From Nanobdellota archaeon (GTDB taxonomy: Archaea > Nanobdellota > Nanobdellia > Woesearchaeales > WJIZ01), in the NCBI GenBank assembly GCA_030647105.1, contig JAUSJW010000112.1, positions 1 through 49,419 on the forward strand: a stretch of DNA of 49,419 nucleotides, written 5' to 3'. The notes under the pieces are model-generated. The model was not told the origin of the DNA. It did no database searches and saw only the letters and a program-made list of their open reading frames with translations. The position numbers and the translations under genes are program-made. Position 1 is the first letter of the stretch. Each line of letters begins with the position of its first letter. Below, in pieces: positions 8,608 through 17,507 of the stretch.

Positions 8608-9036
8608 ATGACTCTCAAAGAACTCTGCAAGAAGCTCGGGCTCGACTCTGGAAAGATAGAGACTGAGTTCGGCCTCTCTGAAGACGATTCGACCATCGGC
8701 GGAATCGCGCATAAGATCGCCGAAAAAACGGGGCGCTATGGCGAATTCATCGAGGGCTTCTTGAACCCCGACCACGCCTCTTACGCGGCGCTGTCAGAGG
8801 TCCACGTTCTCGACATGGAGAAAGTGAATGAGGTCTTCATCGCGCTCAACCTCATCAACAGGCAGTACTTGCTCGCCGATCTCAAAGGCACGGAAGAATC
8901 CTTCCAGCAGTTCATCAAGCTCAGTCTGGAGGAGTGGGAAGGCATCAAGCCGCTCCTCACGGCAATCATCGAGCAGGTCAAGAATTCCTGGAAAGAGTCC
9001 CTGCGCGGGAAAGAAGAGTTGGGGTACCTCGGGTGA
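8608..9036 (+). CDS. Hypothetical protein (142 aa)
   Basis: ORF with a leaderless-type promoter and a GTGA overlap with adk. No family recognised. Confidence 0.5.
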   Translation: MTLKELCKKLGLDSGKIETEFGLSEDDSTIGGIAHKIAEKTGRYGEFIEGFLNPDHASYAALSEVHVLDMEKVNEVFIALNLINRQYLLADLKGTEESFQQFIKLSLEEWEGIKPLLTAIIEQVKNSWKESLRGKEELGYLG

Positions 9037-9653
9037 CAAAACTCATCTTTCTTGGACCGCCCGGCGCGGGAAAGGGCACGATATCACAGCGCCTCGTGAA
9101 GCGCCAGGGCATGGTGCAGATTTCCGCTGGCGATTTGCTGCGCGAGGCGGTAAAGAAGCAGACGCCCCTTGGCATGAAGGCGAAGGCCTATATGGAGAAG
9201 GGCGAACTTGTCCCCGACCAGCTCGTCATCGATTTGATGGTCGAGCGCATCCGCCAGCCCGATTGCAAGCAGGGATTCATTCTCGATGGGTTTCCACGCA
9301 CCTTGGCGCAGGCCGAGGCCCTCAAAAAGAACAGAATTGAGGTGGACAAAGTCGTGAATTTCCTCGTGGCCGAGGACATCCTCATCAGGCGGCTCTCCGG
9401 CAGAAGGATGCACCGCATCACAGGCGAAATCTTCAACATCCACACGCTCCTTCCGCCGCCGGGCACCAAAGAAGCGGACCTCATCCAGCGCCCTGACGAC
9501 AAGCCGGAAGCGGTGAAAAAGCGCCTCGAAGTCTACAAGACGGATACAATGCCGCTCATCGATTTCTACAACCAAGAAGGCAGGCTCGTCAACGTGGACG
9601 GCGAGGGCGACTCAGAGGTCGTCCTTGGGCGTGTTCTCAAGGCGATGCAGTAG
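9033..9653 (+). CDS. adk: Adenylate kinase (bacterial-type Adk)
   Basis: P-loop KLIFLGPPGAGKGT, LID-like segment and DGFPRT motif. I place the start at in-frame GTG 9033, which overlaps the upstream stop (GTGA). Confidence 0.85.
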   Translation: MTKLIFLGPPGAGKGTISQRLVKRQGMVQISAGDLLREAVKKQTPLGMKAKAYMEKGELVPDQLVIDLMVERIRQPDCKQGFILDGFPRTLAQAEALKKNRIEVDKVVNFLVAEDILIRRLSGRRMHRITGEIFNIHTLLPPPGTKEADLIQRPDDKPEAVKKRLEVYKTDTMPLIDFYNQEGRLVNVDGEGDSEVVLGRVLKAMQ

Positions 9654-10577
9654 GAAAGCGATTGCGACCGTCGCGTAGCTTCCTTTCGGCAGGGAAAACG
9701 AGACGATAGCGAACGTTCCGCGGGCATCCTTGATTTCGAAGTCCTTGATTGCCACATAAGAAGCGCGCGTTCCGCCTTCGGACGTCAGTTCCGGCATCTT
9801 TCGATTGACAAAATCGCGTGTTGTGACGCCTTCTTTCCCTAAGACGGCGCTCACAAGCGGTGTTTCCTCAGTCCCGAATCCAATAAGGGGCAGTTCCTTC
9901 GATGTGGGGTTCGCGTCAAGCATCCGGTTCCACAAGAGGCTCTGGTACGCGTGTATGTACATCTTGAGCTGCTTTCGCGGCAATAACCGGAGCGCCTCGA
10001 TGAAATTCGTAGGCTGCTGGTCGAGGAACGGTTTGATAAGTTCCGACGCGTCCTTGTCCTGAGCGAGGATTTTTTCGATAGCTTCCTTGAACGCTCCTTT
10101 CACAAGAAGCTTCCCAATCTCAGTGTTGCCGCTTGAGAAGCGCTGCTCGCCGAAAGAGTTGGGCATCAGGAGCGGTTTGCCCTCGTGCGATTTCAGGCTC
10201 TCGGCCTCTTCCTTTTCGAGATTCCGTATCGTAATCTCAAAGAAGTTTCCATCCAACTCTCCGAGGGAAAGGTGATTCGTGAGATAGCCGACGAAGACGA
10301 GTTCGATGTCCTTGAGTTCAAGGTTCGAAACGTCCCGCTCGTTCGCGAACTTGATTGCGACATACTGTTCTGTCACAGCGTTCTTGTCCTTGAGCCCGGC
10401 GAAAGAAACGTATTTCACCGGCTTCCCCAGGGCGGCGGCGACCGAGGTTATCGCTCTCTGCGTCGTGTAATTGCGCTTCTTGAGGATGCACAGGGCGAAA
10501 GCGCCGCTCGGCTTGCATTCATGGCGCGCAATCTCGCGCACGATGAAGTCTTCCGGGGACTGCTTGAGGACATACAT
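9612..10577 (-). CDS. truD: tRNA pseudouridine synthase TruD/Pus7 family
   Basis: FAGLKDKNAVTEQ catalytic motif. ATG 10577 overlaps the TAA of the upstream gene (TAATG). Confidence 0.8.
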   Translation of the reverse strand: MYVLKQSPEDFIVREIARHECKPSGAFALCILKKRNYTTQRAITSVAAALGKPVKYVSFAGLKDKNAVTEQYVAIKFANERDVSNLELKDIELVFVGYLTNHLSLGELDGNFFEITIRNLEKEEAESLKSHEGKPLLMPNSFGEQRFSSGNTEIGKLLVKGAFKEAIEKILAQDKDASELIKPFLDQQPTNFIEALRLLPRKQLKMYIHAYQSLLWNRMLDANPTSKELPLIGFGTEETPLVSAVLGKEGVTTRDFVNRKMPELTSEGGTRASYVAIKDFEIKDARGTFAIVSFSLPKGSYATVAIAFLLHRLENTPKDDL

Positions 10578-11317
10578 TAGTCGAGAGAATCCCACAGGCA
10601 TTGAAAAAACTTCCTGTATCCATCGGCCAGCCTTCTGCTCTTCATGACAAATTGGAGGGGCTCCGCGTCGAGTTGGCCAGGCTTCACGCCGACGAACGTG
10701 ACGACATAGGGTCCGAAGATGTCGATGGCGGTCGAGCTTGAGTATTCTTTTGGCAGGAACTTGTAGGGTTTTCCGACAAGCTTGAGGATTTCCGGCTTTT
10801 GAGTTTTCACGTCATGGTCAAAGAGGTGCGTGAATTGAATTCCTGCCTTCTTTCGTTCCCTCTCAAATCTCGGAAGGAAATGTTTTAACCGTTCATCAAG
10901 CCAGAACGCCTTCGCGCCGATGAAGTAGACTGGCTCTTTCGTGTCTAAAATCATTTGCAGGTAATTCTTGAAGCCCTCGATGCCTCTGAACAGATACGCT
11001 TCTTCCTGCTCGTCTGTCGCCGCGTACAGCTTCTGCATTTGGGGGAGGAGCTGGTTGATTTTCTCCTCCTTTTCCTTTACAAGCGATAATAATCGAGTCG
11101 GAGGCACGGCCTTGAAATGCTTCTCATCTTTTATGAACACTTCGGAGGCAAGGCCCTTCTCGATGAGCTTACTGAGAGAATCATAGACGTTTCTCCTGTG
11201 GACTTTGGACCTATTGGAGAGCTTCTGGACCGAGGATTCCCCTAATTGGAGCAGCGATTCGTAAACGCGGGATTCGTTCGGGCTCAGGCCAACCTCTCGC
11301 AAGAGTTCTTCGTACAT
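10577..11317 (-). CDS. TrmB-family transcriptional regulator (second paralogue)
   Basis: HTH segment LSPNESRVYESLLQLGESSVQKLSNRSKVHRRNVYDSLSKLIEKGL. The first ATG is at 11317, with GATATAAG-type TATA about 26 nt upstream. The track start at 11338 is GTG. Confidence 0.75.
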   Translation of the reverse strand: MYEELLREVGLSPNESRVYESLLQLGESSVQKLSNRSKVHRRNVYDSLSKLIEKGLASEVFIKDEKHFKAVPPTRLLSLVKEKEEKINQLLPQMQKLYAATDEQEEAYLFRGIEGFKNYLQMILDTKEPVYFIGAKAFWLDERLKHFLPRFERERKKAGIQFTHLFDHDVKTQKPEILKLVGKPYKFLPKEYSSSTAIDIFGPYVVTFVGVKPGQLDAEPLQFVMKSRRLADGYRKFFQCLWDSLD

Positions 11318-11428
11318 ATACCTGCAAAGGCTTCCCACCTATATCAATCTTTTGGTGGTGATTGCCACCACAAGCATCTAAATAGTTTATACTACTACCT
11401 TATGGTAACAAAAATGAGGTGAAACACC

Positions 11429-12298
11429 ATGGAAAGATCAGAATTCGAAAAACAAATCGAGACGGAGTTGAAAGGACGCCCGGAATGGGAGTATGTGCCT
11501 CTCTTAGGAAGCGCCTCTGCCGGCAACGACAACCATCTTGGAGTTGTCGTGCGAAACGACCGCTCCATGCTTGTTCGCGTCAGTGTCCAGCCTGAATCCT
11601 TCGTGCCGTCGGATATCGGAAAAGTGGCAGGCAAAGACCTCATTGACTTCCTGGTGAATGCGCCGGTCAGGCGCTATCTCATCTCTGGCAGGACAGAATT
11701 CGGATTCCTTGACAACAAGGGAGAAACTGAAGACATGCATGAACACAACGAGACGGCATTTCAGCTCTCCCTCAAGGATGCGCGGCAGTTCAGTCCGTAT
11801 CTTGACGCTCTTGCGTATATCCACCTGAAGGGATTCTTCGGCCAGAGTGCGCGGCATAGCGAAGGGTTGTACGGTGAAAATGGTAGGGGAAAGAATTATA
11901 CATCACCCGAAGAAAATGAGTTGGCGGAAAGAATATTGAGGAATTTTGCTGGCGGTGAACGAGATGCTTCCTGTTATGGCCTTGCTAGCGGCGGCATCCG
12001 GTTTTTCAGTGCACAACTAACTGAGGATAGAAAACTTCCCGAAACTGCCAAGGAAGTACTCAGGGCGCAGGGGGGCTGTTATGGACTCAGGGGCCGAGAC
12101 GGCGGTTTCTTTTCGGCGCACCGCCCCCCTTCCGAGGCCTCCAGAGTGAACTATTTAGATGTTAACCTCTTCGCAACTCCAGAACTTGCCTATGCAGCAG
12201 TCAATCATCTCTGGACCTGCCGATGGAAAGAGACACGTGAACAATCCTTAACGTATAGGCCCATCCAGATGACGAATGAAGTCATCGCACGCCTCTAG
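11429..12298 (+). CDS. Hypothetical protein (289 aa)
   Basis: Long ORF with an AT-rich TATA region at 11378-11396. No family recognised. Confidence 0.5.
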   Translation: MERSEFEKQIETELKGRPEWEYVPLLGSASAGNDNHLGVVVRNDRSMLVRVSVQPESFVPSDIGKVAGKDLIDFLVNAPVRRYLISGRTEFGFLDNKGETEDMHEHNETAFQLSLKDARQFSPYLDALAYIHLKGFFGQSARHSEGLYGENGRGKNYTSPEENELAERILRNFAGGERDASCYGLASGGIRFFSAQLTEDRKLPETAKEVLRAQGGCYGLRGRDGGFFSAHRPPSEASRVNYLDVNLFATPELAYAAVNHLWTCRWKETREQSLTYRPIQMTNEVIARL

Positions 12299-12359
12299 TG
12301 GACGTGTGAGGCCAGAGGCTCAAAAGCTTTAAAAGAGCGCTTCGACTTCAACGAGCTAT

Positions 12360-12434
12360 GCGCCTATAGCTCAGCTTGGATAGAGCGAAGCACTCCTAAT
12401 GCTTAGGCCGTGAGTTCGAATCTCACTAGGCGCG
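12360..12434 (+). tRNA. tRNA-Arg (anticodon CCT), intron-less, no encoded CCA
   Basis: Cloverleaf folded by hand: acceptor GCGCCTA/TAGGCGC, D arm GCTC/GAGC, anticodon arm AAGCA-CTCCTAA-TGCTT, T arm GTGAG-TTCGAAT-CTCAC. TATA CTTTAAAAG at 12327-12335. Confidence 0.9.
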
Positions 12435-12498
12435 TTAGATTACGTCTGTGAATTTATAGCGATTGGAATTGCGGGCGGCTGGTGAGATTACGAACGAA

Positions 12499-12521
12499 GT
12501 GAGTTATTCTCACTAGGCGCG
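12499..12521 (+). repeat. Partial second copy of the tRNA-Arg 3' end (T-arm plus 3' acceptor strand)
   Basis: GTGAGTTATTCTCACTAGGCGCG vs tRNA 12410-12434 GTGAGTTCGAATCTCACTAGGCGCG. A 64-nt insert lies between the two copies. Confidence 0.85.
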
Positions 12522-12529
12522 TAACTTTT

Positions 12530-13507
12530 TTATTTCTTCAAATATATTCCCAGGTGACTGACAAATTCCCTAATCTCTCTCGCCCCAGTCATATGCAAGC
12601 GCACATACCTATCTCTCATCCCGATTTCAGGCCCCGCCATAATTGCGAATCCTTTCTCTTCCATAAACGTCCGAAGGTGATTCGCTGACTGTCCTTCAGG
12701 AAGCTGCAGCACAGCGTAGTTCGAGCGCGAGGGGAAATATCTCACGCCTGGCAGAGTCGCGGCTTCGTCCAGCGCTTCAAGACTTGCGCGGATGCGCTTC
12801 CTCACTTCTTCCGGCCGTGACGTGTCCCTGAGCGCTGCCATGCCGGCGCGAAGCCCGTCGACGTTGAATCCGAGGTTGAGTTTAGGTCGCACATAATCCG
12901 CGACTTCCTCGCTGTTTGTCACGGCGTAGCCGACCCGGGACGCTGAAAGGTGATGGCTCTTGGAAAAGGAATGCAGCACGATGACCTTCCCCTGATAGCC
13001 CAGCAACTCTTCTGTGGGAAGTTCTGAATCAAGATTAGTGAGCGTGCGGTCGATAAGAGCGACTGTCTCGTCAGGAAGCGCGCGCAGAATCGCGTCCAAG
13101 TCCGTATCCGGAATAGCTTTGCCCGTAGGGTTGTTCGGAGTCGTGAGCACAGCGAGCGTCGGCTTGCGCTCCAATGCAGCAAGGTACGCGGCAGCATCAA
13201 ATTCCAGTTCAGCATCCCTTGGAATTTCGATACGCTCATACTGGAACTGCCTTGCGATGTGAACCGTCCTGAAATACTGCGGGACATCGTAAACTATCGT
13301 TGGCTTCATACCTTCAGAGAGCGCCTTGACCGCATAGGCGGAAAGAATCGTGAGCAAAGAGCCGTTAGAGCCATTATTGGGAAGAACCAATCGAGCGTCA
13401 ACACCGTGAGTTTGAGCTACCGCTTCCGTGAACTCCTGTTTCACCCGCAGCACGAGCGGGTACTCTTCGCCATGCGTCAGGTCCGTCAAATTAGGGTCGA
13501 GGTTCAT
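12530..13507 (-). CDS. PLP-dependent class I/II aminotransferase (HisC/CobD-like)
   Basis: NNPTGK and HSFSKSHHLSASRVGY (PLP-lysine region) motifs. Confidence 0.8.
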   Translation of the reverse strand: MNLDPNLTDLTHGEEYPLVLRVKQEFTEAVAQTHGVDARLVLPNNGSNGSLLTILSAYAVKALSEGMKPTIVYDVPQYFRTVHIARQFQYERIEIPRDAELEFDAAAYLAALERKPTLAVLTTPNNPTGKAIPDTDLDAILRALPDETVALIDRTLTNLDSELPTEELLGYQGKVIVLHSFSKSHHLSASRVGYAVTNSEEVADYVRPKLNLGFNVDGLRAGMAALRDTSRPEEVRKRIRASLEALDEAATLPGVRYFPSRSNYAVLQLPEGQSANHLRTFMEEKGFAIMAGPEIGMRDRYVRLHMTGAREIREFVSHLGIYLKK

Positions 13508-13618
13508 GTTCTCAGTATTTTTACTATCCTAGGGTGATTACCAATAGATATAATTAATCTAAGAAATATTGCTCAAAATACGAAAAGCTTAAATAAAAAG
13601 TTCTATATTTTTAATTTT

Positions 13619-14587
13619 ATGCAGGAATTAGACCTCATCGATAGGAGAATTCTTTACGAGCTCGACCTGAACGCGCGCATTTCCGCTTCGCAATTGGCGC
13701 GTAAGATAAAAAAGAGCAAGGAAACCGTGAATTTCCGCGTCAACCGCCTGCTCAGTCAAGGCTACCTGAAAGGGTTCTACTCTGTCCTCAACACTTCCAA
13801 GATGGGGTGGTATTATTACAAGCTCTATCTCAAGTTCAAGAACTCAACGCCTGCCAAAGAGCAGGAAATCCTGGGCTATCTGAGCACGCATAAGCACATC
13901 GCGTATCTCGCGAGCGTCGAGGGCAACTATGACTGCCTCGCCCTTGTCATGATTCGCGGACCTGAAGAGATGGTGAGCGTTGTCGACGCGTTCATGGGCA
14001 AGTACGGGTCCTATGTCCAGGAAAAGGAAATCGTGACCGTGCTCGCGGCGCACCGCCTCAACCAAAGATTCCTCTATCCCGGCGAGCAGGCGAGCGACAC
14101 CACCTACCCTGTGAAACTGGGAGCTTATCCGCTCGATGAGACCGACAAGCGCATCCTCAACATCACCAATGCGAACGCGAGGATGCCGCTCACTGAAATC
14201 GCTTCGAAGGTCGGAGCCGATGCGAAAGTCGTCAAGTACCGCTTAAGGAAGCTCGAGCGCGATGGAATCATCCTCGGCTATGTCACTTCGCTCAATTTTG
14301 ACCGTATCGGGACCCAGTTCACCCAGCTCAACATCTCGCTCACTGACCCCACAAGGCGCCGGGCCGTCATCGAGTTCTTCAGCGGCACAAGGAAATGCCT
14401 CTTCGCCGTCGAGCTTTTGGGAAAGTACGATCTCACCATCGAACTGCACCTCGAGAACAACCAGGAGCTCAAGTCCATCATGAATCAGTTTAGGGAGACT
14501 TTCGCGGGAAGCTACCAGGATTATGATATCTGCGCCATCAACAAGGAGCACGTCATGGTCTGGAGTCCCTTCCTGGAAAAGAATTAA
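13619..14587 (+). CDS. Tandem two-module Lrp/AsnC-family transcriptional regulator
   Basis: Two HTH-AsnC modules: LIDRRILYELDLNARISASQLARKI... and ETDKRILNITNANARMPLTEIASKV... Each is followed by a RAM-like domain. Confidence 0.75.
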   Translation: MQELDLIDRRILYELDLNARISASQLARKIKKSKETVNFRVNRLLSQGYLKGFYSVLNTSKMGWYYYKLYLKFKNSTPAKEQEILGYLSTHKHIAYLASVEGNYDCLALVMIRGPEEMVSVVDAFMGKYGSYVQEKEIVTVLAAHRLNQRFLYPGEQASDTTYPVKLGAYPLDETDKRILNITNANARMPLTEIASKVGADAKVVKYRLRKLERDGIILGYVTSLNFDRIGTQFTQLNISLTDPTRRRAVIEFFSGTRKCLFAVELLGKYDLTIELHLENNQELKSIMNQFRETFAGSYQDYDICAINKEHVMVWSPFLEKN

Positions 14588-14721
14588 CTAATAGTTCCCC
14601 TTTTAGAAACTAGTATGGCGAGCAAGGAAGACGCAATCTTAGACTTCTTCTTCAACGGGTCCTCGAAGCACTGGCACTTCGAGGAGCTTCTCAGGAAGGC
14701 GAAAGTAATCAGAAGCAAGGC

Positions 14722-16149
14722 TCACATCGCCTTCTTGAGCGCTTCCATTGCCTTCTTGCCGTCGACTTTACCGCCGAAATGCTTCATAATCAGGCCCATG
14801 TACGCGCCAGGGTTGAGGCCTGGAGCCTTTTCGAGAATCTCCTTCACAGCCTTCTCTAATTCTGTATCAGAAACGCCCGCGTAATCGGACTCCTTGAACG
14901 TCCCGTTGACCAGCGCCGCGAGCGCCCGAGCCATCTGGTTCTTGGGAATCTTATCCTCGTTGGCGAGCGTGAGAACCTGGAGAAGGTGTTCTTCTTTCAC
15001 GTGGGCTTCCTCAATCCCGAAGTCCTTTTTCGCGGCTCCGGGAAGCGAATTAAACGTATCCACGATGAAAGACGCTTTTAGGTTCTTGAGCTTCCCTGCG
15101 AGATTCTTGAGCATCTCGGATTTCCCTTCCTTCACTAGGTTGATGGCGAGTTTCGAATCGATTCCAAGCGCTTCGAGTTCCTTGGCCTGGTCCTCTATCA
15201 GCTCAGGCACTTCGATAGAGGAGAGCATCTCCTTGGTAATCGGAATTGTCGGAACATCCGTTTCCGGATACATGCGCGCGGCTCCGGGCATCGGCCGAAG
15301 GTAAGAGCTCGTAAAATCAGGCTCAGCCTTGCGCACCTCCTTCTCAACCTTCTTACCTGCCTTCAGTTCCCTCAATTGCCGTTCAATTTCGCAGTCAATT
15401 ACTTTGGGAATCGAGCGCAAATCTTGAAATCCCTTAATCTCTACACGGTTCCCTCCTTGGATGGAGAGATTGACATCCTGTCGGATAGTTCCGATGCCTC
15501 GTTTCACTTTCCCCGTCGAGCGCAGAATCAACCCAATTTTCTCGGCGGCTTCCCTGGCGTGCTCAGCGTCTTTCAAGTCAGGCCCGGTCGCGACCTCTAT
15601 TAACGGGATGCCCAAGCGGTCGAGTCGGTACTTGGTGTATTCTTTAGTCGTTTCAATTTTCTTCGCCGATTCCTCTTCTAGGCAAATCGTAGGAATAGAA
15701 ACGCGGCCTTTGGAAGTATCAAGATACCCGTCGAGAGCAATCAGCGCCGTTCTCTGGAATCCAGACACGTTCGAACCGTCGAGGACGGTCTTGCGCATGA
15801 ATTGGATTTCGTCGACCACGTTTGCGTGGAACAGCAGCGCGGTCTGGAGGGCGGTTCGGAGCGCCTCGTCGTTAGGGAGCTTCACGGGCTCCTCGTCAAT
15901 CTCGACCAGACAGCATGATGTCGAGCAGGCGTCATAGAGAAACTCTTTCTCTTTCGCTTTCTCAAAAAGCGCGGCCTCGTCAATCTGCCCGGATTCTCCG
16001 GAAACCAGGCGCAGCTTTCTGTGGAGGTGGATATCTGGCTCAACATCATGCACAATCGAGGGGCAGTTGCAGAAGAGCTTGCGCGTATCCAGCTGCTGGT
16101 GAATCTCAACGCCAGCCTTGAAGCCCAAAGAAGCGTAGTCAATTGCCAT
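14722..16149 (-). CDS. gatE: Glutamyl-tRNA(Gln) amidotransferase subunit E (short form, 475 aa)
   Basis: MAIDYASLGFKAGVEIHQQLDTRKLFCNCPS, GIGTIRQDVNLSI and RVEIKGFQDL motifs, plus a YqeY-like tail. ATG 16149 lies 2 nt after the gatD stop. The track's N-terminal extension to 16374 overlaps gatD. Confidence 0.8.
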   Translation of the reverse strand: MAIDYASLGFKAGVEIHQQLDTRKLFCNCPSIVHDVEPDIHLHRKLRLVSGESGQIDEAALFEKAKEKEFLYDACSTSCCLVEIDEEPVKLPNDEALRTALQTALLFHANVVDEIQFMRKTVLDGSNVSGFQRTALIALDGYLDTSKGRVSIPTICLEEESAKKIETTKEYTKYRLDRLGIPLIEVATGPDLKDAEHAREAAEKIGLILRSTGKVKRGIGTIRQDVNLSIQGGNRVEIKGFQDLRSIPKVIDCEIERQLRELKAGKKVEKEVRKAEPDFTSSYLRPMPGAARMYPETDVPTIPITKEMLSSIEVPELIEDQAKELEALGIDSKLAINLVKEGKSEMLKNLAGKLKNLKASFIVDTFNSLPGAAKKDFGIEEAHVKEEHLLQVLTLANEDKIPKNQMARALAALVNGTFKESDYAGVSDTELEKAVKEILEKAPGLNPGAYMGLIMKHFGGKVDGKKAMEALKKAM

Positions 16150-16151
16150 AG

Positions 16152-17417
16152 TCACTCCATGAGCTCTTCCTGGTACGGGGAGCGGTCGGTAATCTCTCCG
16201 CGAAGATTCTTGGCGAGAAGCGATTGGGCGTCTTCTTTCTTGAAATTGCCGAGGAGCCAGGCCAGTTTGATGTACGCGGTCTCGGGCAGCATGTCCTCGC
16301 AGAAGACGCAGCCGATGTTGAGGAGCCTTCGCAAGTTGGTATAAGAAGTGCCGTGCACGCGGCCATTCAAACACTGAGACGCGATTCCCACGATGCCTCC
16401 TTTTTTGATATACTGTTCGAGCATGAGGTACTTGTCCTGGTTTCCTGGCGTGTTAGTGGGCATGTTTCCAAGGCCAGTCGCTTCAACGATGATGCCGTCA
16501 TAACGCTTCGTAGCGAACTCAAGCATCTCGGTATCAAAGTTAGGCGTCATCTTTAGGAGCGCTGCCTTAGGGGAAAACTTTTCTCTGACCCAAAGCTTGC
16601 CTTCGGGAGCGGCATGTGCCGAAATCCATTTGACCGTGCCTTTTTCGTCAACGAGCGCGAGGGGTTCGCTGTTGATAGCCTTGAAAGCGTCCCTTCGGGA
16701 AGTATGCATCTTGCGTGACTTCGTCGCTGGAAGGATAGCGCACACGTCATCGTTCGAAGAATGGTGCATACAAATAGCGACGCCCTTAAAATCCGTTTTC
16801 GCGATGAACTGCGAAGCACAGATGAGGTGCATTGCGGCGTCAGAACTCGCGCGGTCAGAGCTACGTTGCGAGCCGATGACCAGAATAGGGAGGTGGAGAT
16901 TCTCCAGAGCGAAAGCGAGCGCTGCCGCCGTATAGGTCAGCGTGTCCGTACCATGCCCGATAATAATGCCGTCCTTGTCAAGATGTTTTTGAATTCCCTG
17001 AATTATCTGCGCGTACTCCGCGAATGACATGTCTTCTGACATCACGTTGCAGACGCGGTCCGTAGTGACGTTGGCGATGTCTTTGAGCTCCGGAACGAAC
17101 TGCAAGAGCTCATCCGCCCCGCTTTGGGCCACGACCCCGCCCGTTGTGTAATCCACTTTCGAAGCGATGGTTCCGCCAGTGTAGAGAATCACGATGTTTT
17201 TGAGGCCCTTCCTGGGTTTGACGCTATGGGACTCTTTCCTGACGGGGGCAGTAGTCTTAATGGTCTTGACCTCCTTCACTTTTTTCTTGTCGATTCCGAG
17301 ATTGTAGCCGTTCTCCAGCTTGAGGAAGAGCGTCGTGTCGGACTTCGTGGGCATGAGCGTGCCCGAGAACTCTTTATCGGAAGTTACCACCTTGACAAGG
17401 TCGCCCGGGTTTGCCAT
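16152..17417 (-). CDS. gatD: Glutamyl-tRNA(Gln) amidotransferase subunit D
   Basis: Asparaginase-like core (ILYTGGTIAS, HGTDT). Adjacent to gatE. The first ATG is at 17417 (MANPGD). Confidence 0.85.
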   Translation of the reverse strand: MANPGDLVKVVTSDKEFSGTLMPTKSDTTLFLKLENGYNLGIDKKKVKEVKTIKTTAPVRKESHSVKPRKGLKNIVILYTGGTIASKVDYTTGGVVAQSGADELLQFVPELKDIANVTTDRVCNVMSEDMSFAEYAQIIQGIQKHLDKDGIIIGHGTDTLTYTAAALAFALENLHLPILVIGSQRSSDRASSDAAMHLICASQFIAKTDFKGVAICMHHSSNDDVCAILPATKSRKMHTSRRDAFKAINSEPLALVDEKGTVKWISAHAAPEGKLWVREKFSPKAALLKMTPNFDTEMLEFATKRYDGIIVEATGLGNMPTNTPGNQDKYLMLEQYIKKGGIVGIASQCLNGRVHGTSYTNLRRLLNIGCVFCEDMLPETAYIKLAWLLGNFKKEDAQSLLAKNLRGEITDRSPYQEELME

Positions 17418-17439
17418 AGGCCCCAAGGGCCGCAGGGCG

Positions 17440-17486
17440 TATAAAAAGGTTTTGCAAGTCTAATACTTGGAGCAATCTTTATATAG
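17440..17486. promoter_or_regulatory. Divergent promoter pair (gatD on the minus strand, envelope gene on the plus strand)
   Basis: The reverse complement of 17440-17453 reads AAAACCTTTTTATA, 23 nt upstream of ATG 17417. CTTTATATAG at 17477-17486 is centred about 26 nt upstream of ATG 17508. Confidence 0.65.
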
Positions 17487-17507
17487 CCTCTAAGGGCTAA
17501 GGGCCCC

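Noticed and set aside
12435-12498. Integrated mobile element between the tRNA-Arg direct repeats (and likewise at tRNA-Gly)
   Set aside because: The inserts are only 64 and 84 nt long and encode no integrase or other protein. They can at most be remnants or miniature non-autonomous elements.
14615-14884. 89-aa plus-strand ORF whose first 35 aa or so (MASKEDAILDFFFNGSSKHWHFEELLRKAKVIRSKA) look like the N-terminus of a wHTH-type protein
   Set aside because: From 14722 onward it is antisense to gatE, and no correctly spaced TATA is present. At most it is a short remnant of a lost gene, which is too weak to annotate.
16150-16374. N-terminal extensions proposed by the ORF track for gatE (to 16374), ftsY (to 26515), the ROK kinase (to 23727) and the DUF4145 protein (to 42509)
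   Set aside because: The extensions overlap upstream genes or cross the promoter, are Arg-rich or featureless, and in each case an internal ATG sits at the expected distance from a TATA box or at a coupling junction.
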